Shown: positions 50,576 through 64,000 of the stretch, piece after piece
Position numbering within the stretch: the first letter of the stretch is position 1
Layout of the letters: each line of letters starts with the position of its first letter
Source of the DNA: Nemertoderma westbladi
Lineage: Eukaryota; Animalia; Xenacoelomorpha
DNA: 64,000 nucleotides
Reading direction: 5' to 3'
Assembly (NCBI GenBank): GCA_032718475.1
Contig: JAUCBJ010005881.1
Location: 9,860-73,859, forward strand
Notes under the pieces: generated by a model
What the model saw: the letters and a program-made list of their open reading frames with translations, nothing else
What the model was told of the DNA's origin: nothing
Databases searched by the model: none
Program-made: the position numbers and the translations under genes

Positions 50576-52104
50576 CCCCCCCCCCCCCCCCCTGAGGTCT
50601 TTAAAATACCTGAGTGTTTAAAGCTCATCTATCCCATCATAGTAGACATGTACCGAACAACAAGAGTCCCACAAGAAATGAAAACAAATAAGTTGGTGCC
50701 AGTTCCCAAGAAGGGCAACCTAACACTCTATGGTTCTTTTCGGGGAATCTCATTGATCTCGATTGCTGCAAAGCTATACAATAGGATTCTATTAAATCGC
50801 ATCAGGGATCCCATTGAGAGACTGCTCCGTGGAAATCAGAATGGGTTCCGTAAAGGTCGTGGGACCATGGAGCCCATTTTGGCACTTAGAAGGATAATTG
50901 AAGAGTTATCAAAAAAGAAAGACAGGCATCTGGCTGTTATCTTTGTTGACTTCTTCAAGGCCTTTGATTCAGTCTCTCGCTCACGTATGTTCAGCATACT
51001 TTCATTATATGGGATTCCTGATGAAATTATTGCAGCAATCAGATCAGTATACGATGGTTCGACAACATTTGTGTCTACTGTTGACGGTGACACAGAACCA
51101 TTTGAAGTGTTATGGGGCGTCCTCCAAGGAGACACACTTGCACCATTCTTGTTCATTATTGTGGTTGACTATGTTCTACGCATGTCCTTAGATAATTATA
51201 ATGATGATGGGGTGATGATAACTCCACCTACTGGCTCCAGAAGTCGAGGAAATCCTGCCAAGTACCTAACTGATCTAGACTTTGCTGATGACTTAGGAGT
51301 ACTCTCAGAATCATTAGAGGGAGCCCAACGGCTCCTCAGCTCATTAGAACATGCTGCTTCTAGTGTTGGTCTTTTTATTAACTCCAGTAAGACCAAAATT
51401 CTGACAGTTAACTTTGAAAGTCCTCAGCAAGTCTCTGATCGGATGAGCATAAGCTCAAAGGATGGTATGCTAGAGCATGTGGACGACTTCTGTTACCTGG
51501 GATCATGGATCCGGAAGTCAGGTGAGGACCTTCGAATACGTAAGGGAAAGGCATGGGCAGCCTTGAATAGGCTTTCCAGGATTTGGAAGTCACCGAGAAT
51601 TAATCGGAAACTTAAGGTCCGATTATTTAGAGCAGCAGTAGTTCCAGTACTCCTCTACGGGAGTCCATGCTGGGCTCTAACTGCTGAGGACACCAAATCT
51701 CTGGATGGCACATTCACAAGAACGCTACGCCGGGTACATTGTGTCAAGTACAATGCACACATCTCCAACCAGACACTATATAACATTGGAGATGTCTCAT
51801 TGGTTCCCCCAAGCTTGACACTAGAACAAAATCGCCTCCGCTTTGCAGGACATTGCTTTCGCCGTGAGGACCAGCCAGTGCATAATCTTGTACTTTGGCA
51901 GCCTCATGGAGTGAATAAGCATGGTGGACAGCCCATGACTTTCTTGAGACGCATCTTAAAGGACACTGGCCTTAAAGATGCGGATGATCTAGCAAATGTC
52001 ATGGATAATAGGGAGTTGTGGCGGTGCAATTTTGTTGACAAGCCGGCACAGCATTCTTAAAAATGCAGCTGCAATGCAGCATGCCGATCCTAGTAGTAGT
52101 AGTA
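50576..52104 (+). mobile_element. 5'-truncated RTE-clade-like LINE with open RT region (ORF 50567-52060)
   Basis: FRGISL, QNGFRKGR, FVDFFKAFDSV, GVLQGDTLAPFLF, LDFADD, YLGS, RLRFAGHC; (TAG)n tail; 12-bp TSD ATCTTGATTGAC at 50564-50575 and 52105-52116. Confidence 0.9.
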
Positions 52105-52700
52105 ATCTTGATTGACAACAAACTAACTTGGAAATACCAATGCGCATACATACACAAAAAATATCAAAATCATGCGGTATATTTTTTAAACTACGTTATA
52201 TCTTACCACAGAATTTACTAAAATTACTTTATTTTTCACTTATTCATCCATACACACAATACGGTATAATACTATGGGGCAATACTCACAACAAATATAT
52301 ACAACCAATTCGAGTCAAAATAAATAAAATTGTAAGAGCCATCGTTTTTAGCCATTATCAGTCATATTCAAAACCAATTTATAAACAACTAAACATACTA
52401 CCGTTAGAAAACATTGACAAACTTGAAGTAGCGAAATTAATGTGGGACATAAATAACAATAAATAACAACCTTTTATCACATCTTTATTTCATCAGAAAT
52501 CAAAAATACATAAATATAATACTAGATCAGTAGCGTCTTTAAATTTCTTTCTCCCTCGAACTCGGTTACTATCAACACAAAACTCACTAAAATATAGCGG
52601 CACAAAAATATGGAATTCAATAGAGTTTGGCTTAAAAAATAATAAATCCAAGAAATATTTAGCAAGAAAGTACAAGACATATTTAATAAACAACCAGAAT
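52105..52700 (+). mobile_element. Degenerate CR1/L2-group LINE 3' fragment (host of the RTE insertion)
   Basis: IDNKLTWK then ISKSCGIFFKLRYILP...LYFSLIHPY.QYGIILWGNT, typical post-RT region. Confidence 0.7.
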
Positions 52701-55576
52701 TAACACATATAATTATAACGAACCTGCCTATTAATAGGCCAGGGTAGTTTTTGTGTCAACAGTTGAGCCGTTCAAAAACACGATGTGGTTGTGTACGTGT
52801 GTGTGTGTGTGTATATATGTATAAACATCCAATATCTCAAAAACTCAAGCAGGTACGCAAAAATTTTAATAACAAACTCTACATAAATTTTAGTTGCGCA
52901 CAAGACTGTATATTTTTTGCGGCGTTTCGATCACGGGGTCACTGAAAAATAGCGGTTTTGAAAATTTAAGTCGAATTTCACCGATTTCAAATTCAACTCG
53001 TCGAGTATGCACCAACTTTTTTATTTGGGCTATTCAGTCATTTGAGCAACATATTTGAGGCTCAAAATCTTTTCAAATATCGCCAATCTCGCACAGAACG
53101 TCGCCAAAATTTGTTAGTCCTGCAAAAAAAACCGCAAAAAATTCGTCTAAAATTATTGGTTGCAGAATAATATAATTGAACTAGAAAAGCCAACAAACTG
53201 GCTATAAGGAGAGCGTCCATAGACAAACGTAGTGTTAGTTGGGTCCCTCCTCATTCATTATCATCAACCTATACTGTAAAACATTTGAACGACCCAGTGC
53301 TTACAATGATATTCCCATATGATTCACTGGGAAGAGCTATTCAGCTGGCGGGGTAATACATTATAAACAGTTGATGTTTGATTACTGTCTGGGATAGAGT
53401 GAGAGAGTAATAAATTTAGCAAGTAATATTATACGTATGTGCAGTTTGGGCCTATCCATTAAATAAATAGTTGTAGCTTACTAGGCCCTCATGAGTACCA
53501 GCAGCTGGTGTTTCTATCGTTGAGTTGATGGCAATTTTCGTGTTTTCATTTTCGCTCACTCAGGGTACTATTTAGAGGGACAGGTTCGTTTAAAGCCAGC
53601 TTGCTGGATTCTAGTATTTGAATATTAATATTAATAAATTAACACACACGAAATAACATTAATCTCATCTTCATCAATGAATAATCTTGTCTTGTCATTA
53701 TTCTCTCTCTTCTAAAATAGTATGAAAGTTTATTAATTAATTTTGTATAACGGTGTGCCCACACGTTGCTTTCTGTACGCATAATACTAGACATTACTAT
53801 ATAATTATATTATAAGTTTTATAAATATTTACAATAGACATAAAGGGGAAAAAACAGAACTCAATTTAACCCGAAATTAGAAGTAACGTATATTATGATG
53901 GCATGAACCCTTCTCTTTATATCTACGCGCAACAACAGCAAAATAGAACAACACTAGCTATGCTACTGTTATTTTTAGTGATTTAAAATCTATATCTACT
54001 ATACTATTACATTACTATCACAAACATTACAAATTTTAGCAAAATAAACGTTAATTTGTAAGATTGAGAAATTGTAGTGCTATAACTATAATGTTGGCAT
54101 CATGTCATATATTGCGTAAATGGAAATTATTCGAGTTCTATTGATTGATTGATTGATTGACTCTTATATTATTATATTTCCCAAGTTTAGCCCCTTTTAG
54201 TCTGTCTTACGGAACTCATTGAATTTGGTTTATTATTTGGTTTTAGAATTAGTTGGTCATCCATCAACCCGACTTTAAACTTTCATGTATCGTATCCCTA
54301 AACCAAGTCATACAGTATTTTATAAAATTTATCTTAAATTCTTAGATTATTTATCAGGGGTGCAGCCGGTGCAGCCGGTGCCGCATGCCGGTGGGAAAAG
54401 ATTACCAAATCGAGTTAGGGTTGGGGGGAAAAAACGAAGTCAGATCTTTGGGGTGATCAAAATAGGTGGAATTTGGTGCCAATATTTCGGCCACAACATG
54501 TAATAATAATAATAAATAATTATTTATATTATACAAAATAACAGGCCTTCAACAGGGCTAATCAGGATGTGTCGGGCTACGTAAGAAACTGACTACTGGA
54601 CTAAAACACTACTTCCCTAGATGCACTACTCAGACTATATTACTACTGGGTTGGTACTACCGGTAGGTTAGGTGTGGCAACAATTATAATATTATTATGG
54701 GGCTACGCGTATCCCTGTAATCGCCGGCAAAGCAATTAATTAACAGAATTTCAAACAAAATTTACAAAAAAATTTAAAGCCGCAAAATAATTTGGTATAC
54801 GATTGTTACTATTCGCACCAAAAAAATTAATATTAAAAGATATTCGTGAAAATACGGAATTTATATTATGATATGTATGCGTACAGTATAATCTTACCAT
54901 CCCCGGTTGTAATCTATGTTGTATTTGCGATTTGCAATTTGCGAGTTTTAATTGTGAATTGATTCATTTTATGAATGTTCGTCATCATGAATTTAATTTA
55001 TTGTGGTGTCAAAAGACGGGCAAGACTCTCCGCTTTCAATTGATATAAACCACATGTGAAATGATTGTGATTAAATGTGTATTTTAATGGATCTAAACAC
55101 CCTCCATAGAAACCAATATATGAAATTATCTGAGCTCTGCCTAGTGACGTCAAATACGTAGCAGCCAATCACAGCCGATTTTCAAAATTGGCTTCCCGGG
55201 TTTACTTTAACCCACCATTTCGACCGTTTCCTCTTGTTTTTACAAAAAACACACCCCGCCACTCGATTCAGGGAACCTTGTTGAGTTGTTTCCCCTTATT
55301 CGATTGTTTCTAGCCCAACAATTTTTTCGCGTACCAACCCTATTGGGGCTTTATAGTTGATACATATCGACAATGGTGCAGTTACCATAACAACCATAGT
55401 AAAATTATTTAACTCGAGTTTTTGACAATGCGATTCGAAAAATGTTGTCTCTGGCCCTAAATAAATTTACGCCTAAATTTCGAACACGGTGTATTGTTTT
55501 GGTTCCTTACACATATTATTTGCACTGGTCTGGTTGTGCTATTTACTCACTGTTTGTGCTTTTATAATATTATGTA

Positions 55577-56150
55577 TTACGACTTCCAGTACCTTGGATC
55601 ATGGATAGAGAGTAGTAAAAAGGACATAGAAGTTAGGAAAGCAACGGCTTGGGTAGCTCTATCTGGCTAGCTATAGTATCTGGAAATCAGATCTCTCCAG
55701 GCACCTGAAGGTTAAGTTCTTTCGAGCCACAGTGGAAAGTATATTTTTATACGCGGGTGAGACCTGGACACTGACTAAATCACTTGAACAACGAATTGAT
55801 GATTGCTACACAACATGCTGGCTACACTACTAAGGGCAGCCCTAAACATCAGCTGGAGACAACACATGACAAACGCCGAGCTTTATGGTACAATACCACC
55901 TGTATCAACCACCCTCCGTGAACGCAGATTAAGATTCAGTGGGCACTGCTGGCGAAGTAAAGACGAGGTCATACCAGATTTACTTCTCTGGCAACCAACT
56001 CATGGAAAGCGTAGTCGTGGACGACGGGCCATAACATACTTGAAAGGGATACCCAAAATTGGGAGAAACGATATTGCGACAACTATGGAGAATCGGGAAG
56101 CCTGGAAGGATCTCATTTCCACTGTCCAAGTTCGCTCGACCTAGTAGTAG
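55577..56150 (+). mobile_element. Short 3' fragment of an RTE-like LINE
   Basis: YLGSWI, RRLRFSGHCWR, (TAG)n tail; 12-bp TSD TAATATTATGTA at 55565-55576 and 56151-56162. Confidence 0.85.
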
Positions 56151-56589
56151 TAATATTATGTACAGTACTACTGCGTGTAGGCCTACCACCCTTCGGAGTT
56201 TGTATGAAATTAAATTAAATTAAAAAAATTAAATTGTCTGCGGATTTCGGTCCGCTGAAAGGATCCTATTACAGGTGTACCGTGTGGTGCCACTCCATGG
56301 AGTCTATCCTGGCTCAGGGAAATCCCGTTCGATGGGTTGACATACCCGTCACTAGTCGGTTAGAAATATGGATTGATGGTTCTCTTAATGGTGTAATATT
56401 CGTTGTTATATAGATGAAATAATATAATCTCAACTTATATATTCAGTTTAATTACCATAATTATTTAAAGTCCATCACCTGCACAAACATTTATATAATT
56501 TTTTAATAGTGGCATAAGTACTAATGTAAAATATAAAAAAGAACTAGATTGAAATCATAGCAACTAAATGAAACACAACAAGAACAAAA

Positions 56590-59030
56590 CCTAATCACTG
56601 GACCCCACCCCTGGTACCCCTAATCACTGGACCCCACCCCTGGTACACCTAATCACTGGACCCCACCCCTGGTACCCCTAATTACTGGACCCACCCCTGG
56701 TACCCCTAATCACTGGACCCCACCCCTGGTACCCCTAATCACTGGACCCCACCCCTGGTACCCCTAATTACTGGACCCCACTCCTGGTACCCCTAATTAC
56801 TGGACCCACCCCTGGTACCCCTAATTTCTGGACAAACCCCCGGTACCCCTAATCACTGTACCTCACCCCTGGTACCCCTAATCACTGGACCCCACCCCCG
56901 GTACCCCTAATCACTGGGCCCCACCCCTGGTACACCTAATCACTGGACCCCACCCCTGGTATCCCTAATCACTGGACCCCACCCCTGGTAACCCTAATCA
57001 CTGGACCCCACTCCTGGTACCCCTAATTACTGGACCCACCCCTGGTACCCCTAATTTCTGGACACACCCCTGGTACCCCTAATCACTGGACCCTACTCCT
57101 GGTACCCCTAATTACTGGACCCACCCCTGGTACCCCTAATTACTGGACCCCACCCCTGGTACACCTAATCACTGGACCCCACCCCTGGTACCCCTAATCC
57201 CTGGACCCCACCCCTGGTACCCCAAATCACTGGACCCCACCACTGGTACATCTAATCACTGGACCCCACCCCTGGTGCCCCTAATTACTGGACCCCACCC
57301 CTGGTACACCTCATCACTGGACCCCACCCCTGGTACCCCTAATCACTGGACCCCACCCCTGGTACACCTAATCACTGGACCCCACCCCTGGTACCCCTAA
57401 TCCCTGGACCCCACCTCTGGTACCCCTAATCACTGGACCCACCCCTGGTACCCCTAATCAATGAACCCACCCCTGGTACCCCTAATTACTGGACCCACCC
57501 CTTGTACCCCTAATCAATGAACCCACCCCTGGTACCCCTAATTACTGGACCCACCCCTGGTACACCTAATCACTGGACCCACCCCTGGTACCCCTAATCA
57601 CTGGACCCACCCATGGTACCCCTAATCACTGGACCCACCCCTGGTACCCCTAATGAATGAACCAACCCCTGGTACCCCTAATCACTGGACCCCACCCCTG
57701 GTACCCCTAATCACTGGACCCCACCCCTGGTACCCCTAATTACTGGACCCCACACCTGGTACCCCTAATTACTGGACACCACCCCTGGTACACCTAATTA
57801 CTGGACCCCACCCCTGGTACACCTAATCACTGGACCCCACCCCTGGTACCCCTAATCACTGGATCCACCCTTGGTACACATAATCACTGGACCCCACCCC
57901 TGGTACCCCTAATTACTGGACCCACCCCTGGTACACCTAATCACTGGTCCCCACCCCTGGTACCTCTAATCACTGGACCCCACCCATGGTACCCCTAATC
58001 ACTGGACCCACCCCTGGTACCCCTAATCAATGAACCAACCCCTGGTACCCCTAATTACTGGACCCACCCCTGGTACACCTAATTTCTGGACCCCACCACT
58101 GGTACACCTAATCAATGAACCCCACCCCTGGTACAGCTAATCAATGAACCCACCCCTGGTACCCCTAATTACTGGACCCACCCCTGGTACACATAATCAC
58201 TGGACCCCACCCCTGGTACCCCTAATCACTGGACCCCACTCCTGGTACCCCTAATTACTGGACCCACCCCTGGTACCCCTAATTTCTGGACACACCCCTG
58301 GTACCCCTAATCATTGGACCCCACTCCTGGTACCCCTAATTACTGGACCCACCCCTGGTACCCCTAATTACTGGACACACCCCTGGTACCTCTAATCACT
58401 GGACCCCACCCCTGGTACCCCTAATTACTGGACCCCACCCCTGGTACACCTAATCACTGGACCCCACCCCTTGTACCCCTAATCACTGGACCCCACCCCT
58501 GGTACCCCTAATCACTGGACCCCACCCCTTGTACCCCTAATCACTGGACCCCACCCCTGGTACCCCTAATCACTGGACATCACCACTCCTGGTACACCTA
58601 ATCACTGGACCCCACCCCTGGTACACCTAATCACTGGACATCACCACTCCTGGTACACCTAATCACTGGACCCCACCCCTGGTACCCCTAATCACTGGAC
58701 CCGACCCCTGGTACACCTAAATCACTGGACCCCACCCGTGGTACCCATAATCACTGGACCCACCCCTGGTACACCTAATCAATGAACCCACCCCTGGTAC
58801 CAACTAATCACTGGATACACCCCTGGTACCCATAATCACTGGACCTCACCACCCCTGGTACCCCAAATCACTGGACCTCACCGCTCCTGGTACACCTAAT
58901 CACTGGACCCACCCCTGGTACCCCTAATCAATGAACCCACCCCTGGTACACCTAAACAATGAACCCACCCCTGGTACACCTAATCACTGGACCCCACCCC
59001 TGGTACCCATAATCACTGGACCCCACCCCT
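56590..59030. repeat. C-rich satellite, ~28-29-bp unit (CCTAATCACTGGACCCCACCCCTGGTACC)
   Basis: About 85 tandem copies. Confidence 0.96.
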
Positions 59031-59760
59031 AATACCTGCCTGCCCTATCACCAAATCTCAGCCCTGGCAATGACCTTCGCCCACCTCGCAAGCACAGCGA
59101 GTTAGCCCGCAGTAGCGCAAATTGCAGTCTGCAATGGATGCCCCCAAGCACGACTGCAAATCCTCTGTCACGCATGGAATCTTTCCGTGTAATCATGGTA
59201 TCATCAAGATGATGTACGAGTGTTTCAGCTTCGAAACACCTTATTATCCCATCGGTGGTTCGAACAAGTGGGGTAAAATGAATCTGCCTGTCCTCACATA
59301 CCTCTCTGCAGTGCGCTTTCATTATATTTACTCTCTGTTGCAGGATAGACTAGGATGGCTAGGAGCGTATGGCTGATGAATACAAGGGAGCGTCTGCGTT
59401 AGTAATCGCAACATTAAAAGCTGCTACCCTATGATCCACCCAAATGTGCCCTGACCCCACCTATCTCAAATCCCTCATCATCAAGATGCCTCACCGGAAC
59501 AGAGACCTCTCTTTCCACATGTGGGTTGCCCTAGTCTGTGGCCAGTAGGTCTCCAATCACATCCCGAACCTCATCGTGTCTTTTGGCAATCAGACACCCA
59601 GATTTGCAGCTCATTGCATGAGTCACAGTGAAATCAGCCTTCACACTTGGTGGGGAGGTCTGGTGGAGCTAAACCATAACGCAGGTCAAGGTTGTCCCTA
59701 AACGTTAGGGTCCAAAAAAGTGTGTGATCAAGTGGGGATGGTTGTACTGTCTACCACCCC
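59029..59760 (-). mobile_element. Degenerate 3' fragment of a CRE-like (RLE-type) non-LTR retroposon
   Basis: IHFTPLVRTTDG...RLQFALLRANSLCLRG parallels FTPLIFS...RLSFAPLRPALLCLRG in the neighbouring element. Confidence 0.65.
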
Positions 59761-59945
59761 CAGTGCGATGAGATGCTGTACGTTCCCTTTTAAAGCAAAA
59801 TTAGCCGTATATTTATTATTAAAACTAGTAAAAACAGCTGATGCACATCAGATCGCATAGCAAACACCACCAAGAACCATACAAATATACACTGTTAAAT
59901 TAGTACTACAGTTAGTATATGATACTGTCTGACTGTTCTCCAAAC

Positions 59946-62907
59946 TTGGAGGGTTGTTATCCACAGCCGCCTACGCCGGGTTGCAGTCGGCATTGCTGTG
60001 GATGATCGACTCCACGTCGCACCGAACCGGACACCGCTTAGCTGATTGGCAGCCGCGAAGGCACAGGAGGGCTGGCCGCAAAGGGGCGAAACTCAACCTC
60101 CTGCAAACCCACACAACACGCTCTGAATAGCGGACCTCGCGTTTGTCAGCCAGTTTCAACGCGAGACGCTTGATAAACTGTGTGGCTGACGGTGAAGCTA
60201 CACGAAACGCAGAGAATATAAGGGGAGTGAAGCTGGCGCGCTCCACCTCCCTCAACCGCTCTTCGTATTTGTGCCTCTTGCGAGACTTGTGGTGTAGGTG
60301 GGATGCCGGAAGGGACATCGCGGCATTGGTGTCCGCCAGCAGGTTGAAGACAGATACTATGTCGATTAACGTTTTCCGGAAACGGTTTCCCCAGAATCCG
60401 CTCACTGACACATCCAGCCTCACCTGCTGGTACGTCGAAGTCGACCGATGGCTGAACGTCTCGCCCGATAGTGGCTGCAGAAGCGGTTCCACCCCGACAT
60501 TGTGTGCCACTTCCGTCAGGGTATCGGCAACAAAATCGCAAATCTCATTGTGCCGTATGGAGGGGAACCCTCCAGTGGGGCACTACAGCATGTGGGACGA
60601 AGTAAATCGCACCCCACAAGCACAACGACACGGGAGATTTCGCGGCGTCCACACGTAGCGGAGGCACAGGGAATCACGGAACCCTTCTTTGTCGAGGTGA
60701 GTATCCTGAAAGGTCAGAGGTTTACAGTTTAGCCAGGCTGAAGCTCCTTTCTCTCCCACTAGATCACACAGTTGCTGTTGATTCTGTGGCAGCTTACTGC
60801 ACACTTCTTCCATCTTTTCTTTGTTTGCAGCTGCTTTGATGATTATGATGTCAATCTGCTCTTCCCGAACTTCCAACACAGTATCTGCGGTGGCCCCTAC
60901 GAATGGTTCGCAGACTCTGTGGGAGTTCCGGTATTGAGACTCAAGATCCCGAGGGACCGGGACATTCAGCCCCCCGCCGCGAACCAGCAGCGACAACAAC
61001 TCTTGCTCCTCCATCAGAATAACTGCCCGGTCGGTGAGGCGACAGAGAAACTGCCCTACAGACTCCTCCAGCTTCCCAAACAGCTCCGTCGCCCCCGGTA
61101 CGACCCGTGCTATGTACTGCCACTGGCAGGCCAGCCCGAACGCTAGACCCGCGTAGGCGCAGTGGGGATCCACCGCGGCTATATTGGTTATCCGATCGAC
61201 CTCGGCTGCAAACTCTGCGACCTTCTCTAAGAGGAACTGCCGACGGAATTCCTCAGTGCCAATGACGCCACCGAGAAGTTTATTTCCAACGATATTAATT
61301 GCAATGTTGGTGCCGGCGAACAACTCCTCTGCCTCCAGTAACCTGTCCGACTTCACCATGAGGCAACACTTGGTGGGGTAACAACCATAATGCGGCCCCC
61401 ATGCTGCTATGATGTCAAAGAACTTTCTGAGTTTGGTTAGACTCCCCGATGCGTTCCTGTCAGCCGCGAACCACCGCTGCTCCATGGTGCACCCCTGTTC
61501 CAACTCGTTCACCAAGGGCATTCCCCCACACCCATACATGGCCATTGCTACGGGGTCCCCTTGAGTCATTCCCTCCTCTCACAGTAAGGTTTCCCCACCC
61601 ACGAAAAGCTGCGCCGGCTCGCTATAACAATTTGATACAATTGTGTGGAGTCCAGGACACACCATGCGGATATTATGAAGCGCCCCCCTGGCAGTTGAGG
61701 GCATTAAACGCGTTAGTGGCATCAACTTGGAGAACACCATCACAGTTATCACGGTCAAAGGCGTTGTTAAGGCTATGGACAGCGAATTCGATCCCTGACT
61801 TCTGTCCAAGGCATAGCTGCACGGACCCGCCGACAGCTTCGAGATCCTCGCGAATACACCGGATCGCTGTCTTCCCAATAACCCGCCGTAGAACCTCTCC
61901 GATCACGATGGGCCGGACGCCAGGATTCTTGTCCAACGCGATGAGTCGAGCAGACAATAGAGCTGACAGGGAACCGCATGGTACAAGAGACTACGACATC
62001 ACCCTGCCCAACTGCGCTAACTGATCATATAACTCGGTGGACTGAATGTGGAACTTCTTGAGGTATCTAACTGGTGAACAAGGAATCTACCATTACACCA
62101 ACCCACTAAAGCCGGTGTAGGTCCAGGCGGGGACGCGGTAGACATCGTGGGTCCAGGTGGGGACGCGGTAGACATCGTGGGTCCAGGTGGGGATGCGGTA
62201 GACATAGTGGGTCCAGGCGGTGACGCGGTAGACATCGTGGGTCCAGGCGGGGATGCGGTAGACATCGTGGGTCCAGGCGGGGATGCAGTAGCCATCGTGG
62301 GTCCAGGTGGGGACACGGTAGACATCGTGGGTCCAGGCAGGCTGGTGTCGGTGGACGCAGTACAAGCACCAGACAGCTCGGGACCAGCACCAGCGTGACT
62401 AGGAATTGCCCCAGACTTAACGCCAACAGATGAAGATGAGAGAGATAATAATGTTCCATCATTGTCCAACCAGGTTTCATCTGCCGACGGAGAACATGTA
62501 TCTAATGGCTGAGAGAAGAACGTCCGCGTTAACTGAACAGCACTACCCCAGTCCGGCAGTGGCTGGGAAGATGACGGCTGAACTAACGACGTACCGACGT
62601 TTTCACAATTCCCGTTCTTCCTCACGGCGCAACTGATACTACAGTCTCTATGTGCTTTCGCGCAGACGCACTTCCTGCACCGACCAGTATTCCCGTTGCA
62701 GCCACAGCAGGCTGCCATCTAAGATCAACTAAGCAAATGCGTGTAGCGATTAGCCAAAAGTGGCATCCAAGTGCAAGCCGTCCAAGTGGCGTCAAGCAGT
62801 CTGGCAGTCAGTATGCACGCAGACAGTAGTACAAACAGTACATACCCAATGGTACACTACTAGGTGAGCTAGTCAAATTGGAGGGTTGTTATCCACAGCC
62901 GCCTACG
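59946..62907 (-). mobile_element. CRE-clade-like non-LTR retroposon, frameshifted and internally deleted, bounded by a 30-bp direct repeat
   Basis: Cys-rich N-terminus; RLIALDKNPGVRPIVIGEVLRR, QVDATNAFN, TQGDPVAMAMY, CACG...H knuckle, RLE-like RLDV...LID and KRHKY; repeat TTGGAGGGTTGTTATCCACAGCCGCCTACG at both ends. Confidence 0.82.
62119..62339. repeat. 30-bp coding minisatellite (PGPTMSTASP) in the CRE-like ORF N-terminus
   Basis: About 7 copies of GGGTCCAGGCGGGGACGCGGTAGACATCGT. Confidence 0.9.
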
Positions 62908-63274
62908 TTCCACTGTCCACTATAACAATAACTACGTCCCACTTACGGTATAGAGACGATGTAAGCTTTGTTTCACCTAGGTGTCTCAGATTACAGCGTA
63001 TATTACAGTATCTACGCCCGCAGTACTGAACAGTACAGTACACGAGTGGGGCACACACACTGACACCCCTATCCATATCCACTCATACATGGACAGACTT
63101 TGAAAACTGTCATAGTAAAATTATAACAGTTCGCCGATAGCTGGCAGTCCCAACTCGCTCCAGGTCGATTATAGCATAGTAGTTGTTCTTATCGCTAATT
63201 TACTACATCCAGAAGTAAAAACTAGGAACTAAAAACTAAAAAAAATTATCTATTACTACATATACTACGACTAC

Positions 63275-63610
63275 CCCCAAAGGCGACACAAAGGGCTGCC
63301 GCCTTAAACCTTTTAGAATATTTTAAATCTTACACTTTTAAACCCCATAGGCGGCACACTGCCGCCTTAATCATTTGTAACAGAATTATTGGCTAAATTG
63401 AATTTAAATTTGAAGTAATTTCGTAAATTATGTTATCTAAACTACACTCAAACCAATATTATGAATCCCCCCATCATGTAATATTAAATTATCTTTTCTA
63501 GACCAGTTTTTCCTGCCCAAAACGAATATCAACTCCATTTTTCCGTTCAAATAGTTATCACAAAGTTATAAGAGGTTTTAAATAAAGGCGGCACTCTGCC
63601 GCCTTTGGGG
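63275..63610. mobile_element. Small MITE-like element
   Basis: CCCCAAAGGCG...CGCCTTTGGGG ends; internal GGCGGCACACTGCCGCC palindromes; TTAA only on the right side. Confidence 0.4.
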
Positions 63611-64000
63611 TTAAGTTATAATTATAATTAGATTTACAATTATTTAGAATTAGTACGCTAGTAGTATACAATACTATGACACGGCTTCATGGTCACCCGT
63701 AGCCCATCATTACCATCCATTTCTGGTACTGCAACCAATCAGAAGCCACCATTTCATCCTTTTGCGGTGGTCGTTATTATTTCAACCAATCAGATGACAG
63801 CATTTCATCCGTAACCATGGTAACTTCTCAAGTTCCCGCTTATTCCGCTAGAGGCGTTATTAGTCCCCCGACGCTAGTACTGCATCCAATCACCAACCTT
63901 TATTTTACAGGTGTTCGGGTGTCTACACTTAGCATCAGGTAACGTCTACTATTTTTCAAATCGCTATTTTTCACCAACCATTGCATATTCATCTTCACAT

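Overview
AT-rich eukaryotic (probably invertebrate animal) repeat-dense DNA with no recognisable host gene. It contains five minisatellite families (30, 42, 34, 22 and ~29 bp units) interrupted by mobile elements. The centrepiece is two complete, same-orientation BEL/Pao LTR retrotransposons inserted 18 bp apart in one monomer of the 34-bp satellite, each with a 5-bp TSD. Element 1 (4931-19410) has 1.9-kb LTRs with non-canonical TA...TA termini and a tRNA-derived Pol III box pair in U3. It encodes an intact 2290-aa Gag-protease-integrase ORF with no reverse transcriptase or RNase H. Element 2 (19429-38040) has 1.18-kb TG...CA LTRs and a full but mutated Gag-PR-RT-RH-IN. Both lack a tRNA primer-binding site and instead have a sequence abutting the 5' LTR that is complementary to a site inside their own LTR, which suggests self-priming. 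Both carry a homologous non-Env accessory ORF with three zinc knuckles, fused in element 2 to a DEDDy-type 3'-5' exonuclease-like domain. Downstream are an 8-kb CACAGTG-ended TIR element with a 4-bp TSD in the 22-bp satellite, RTE- and CR1-like LINE pieces, and two degenerate CRE-like retroposons. All family assignments come from motif recognition by eye, not database searches.
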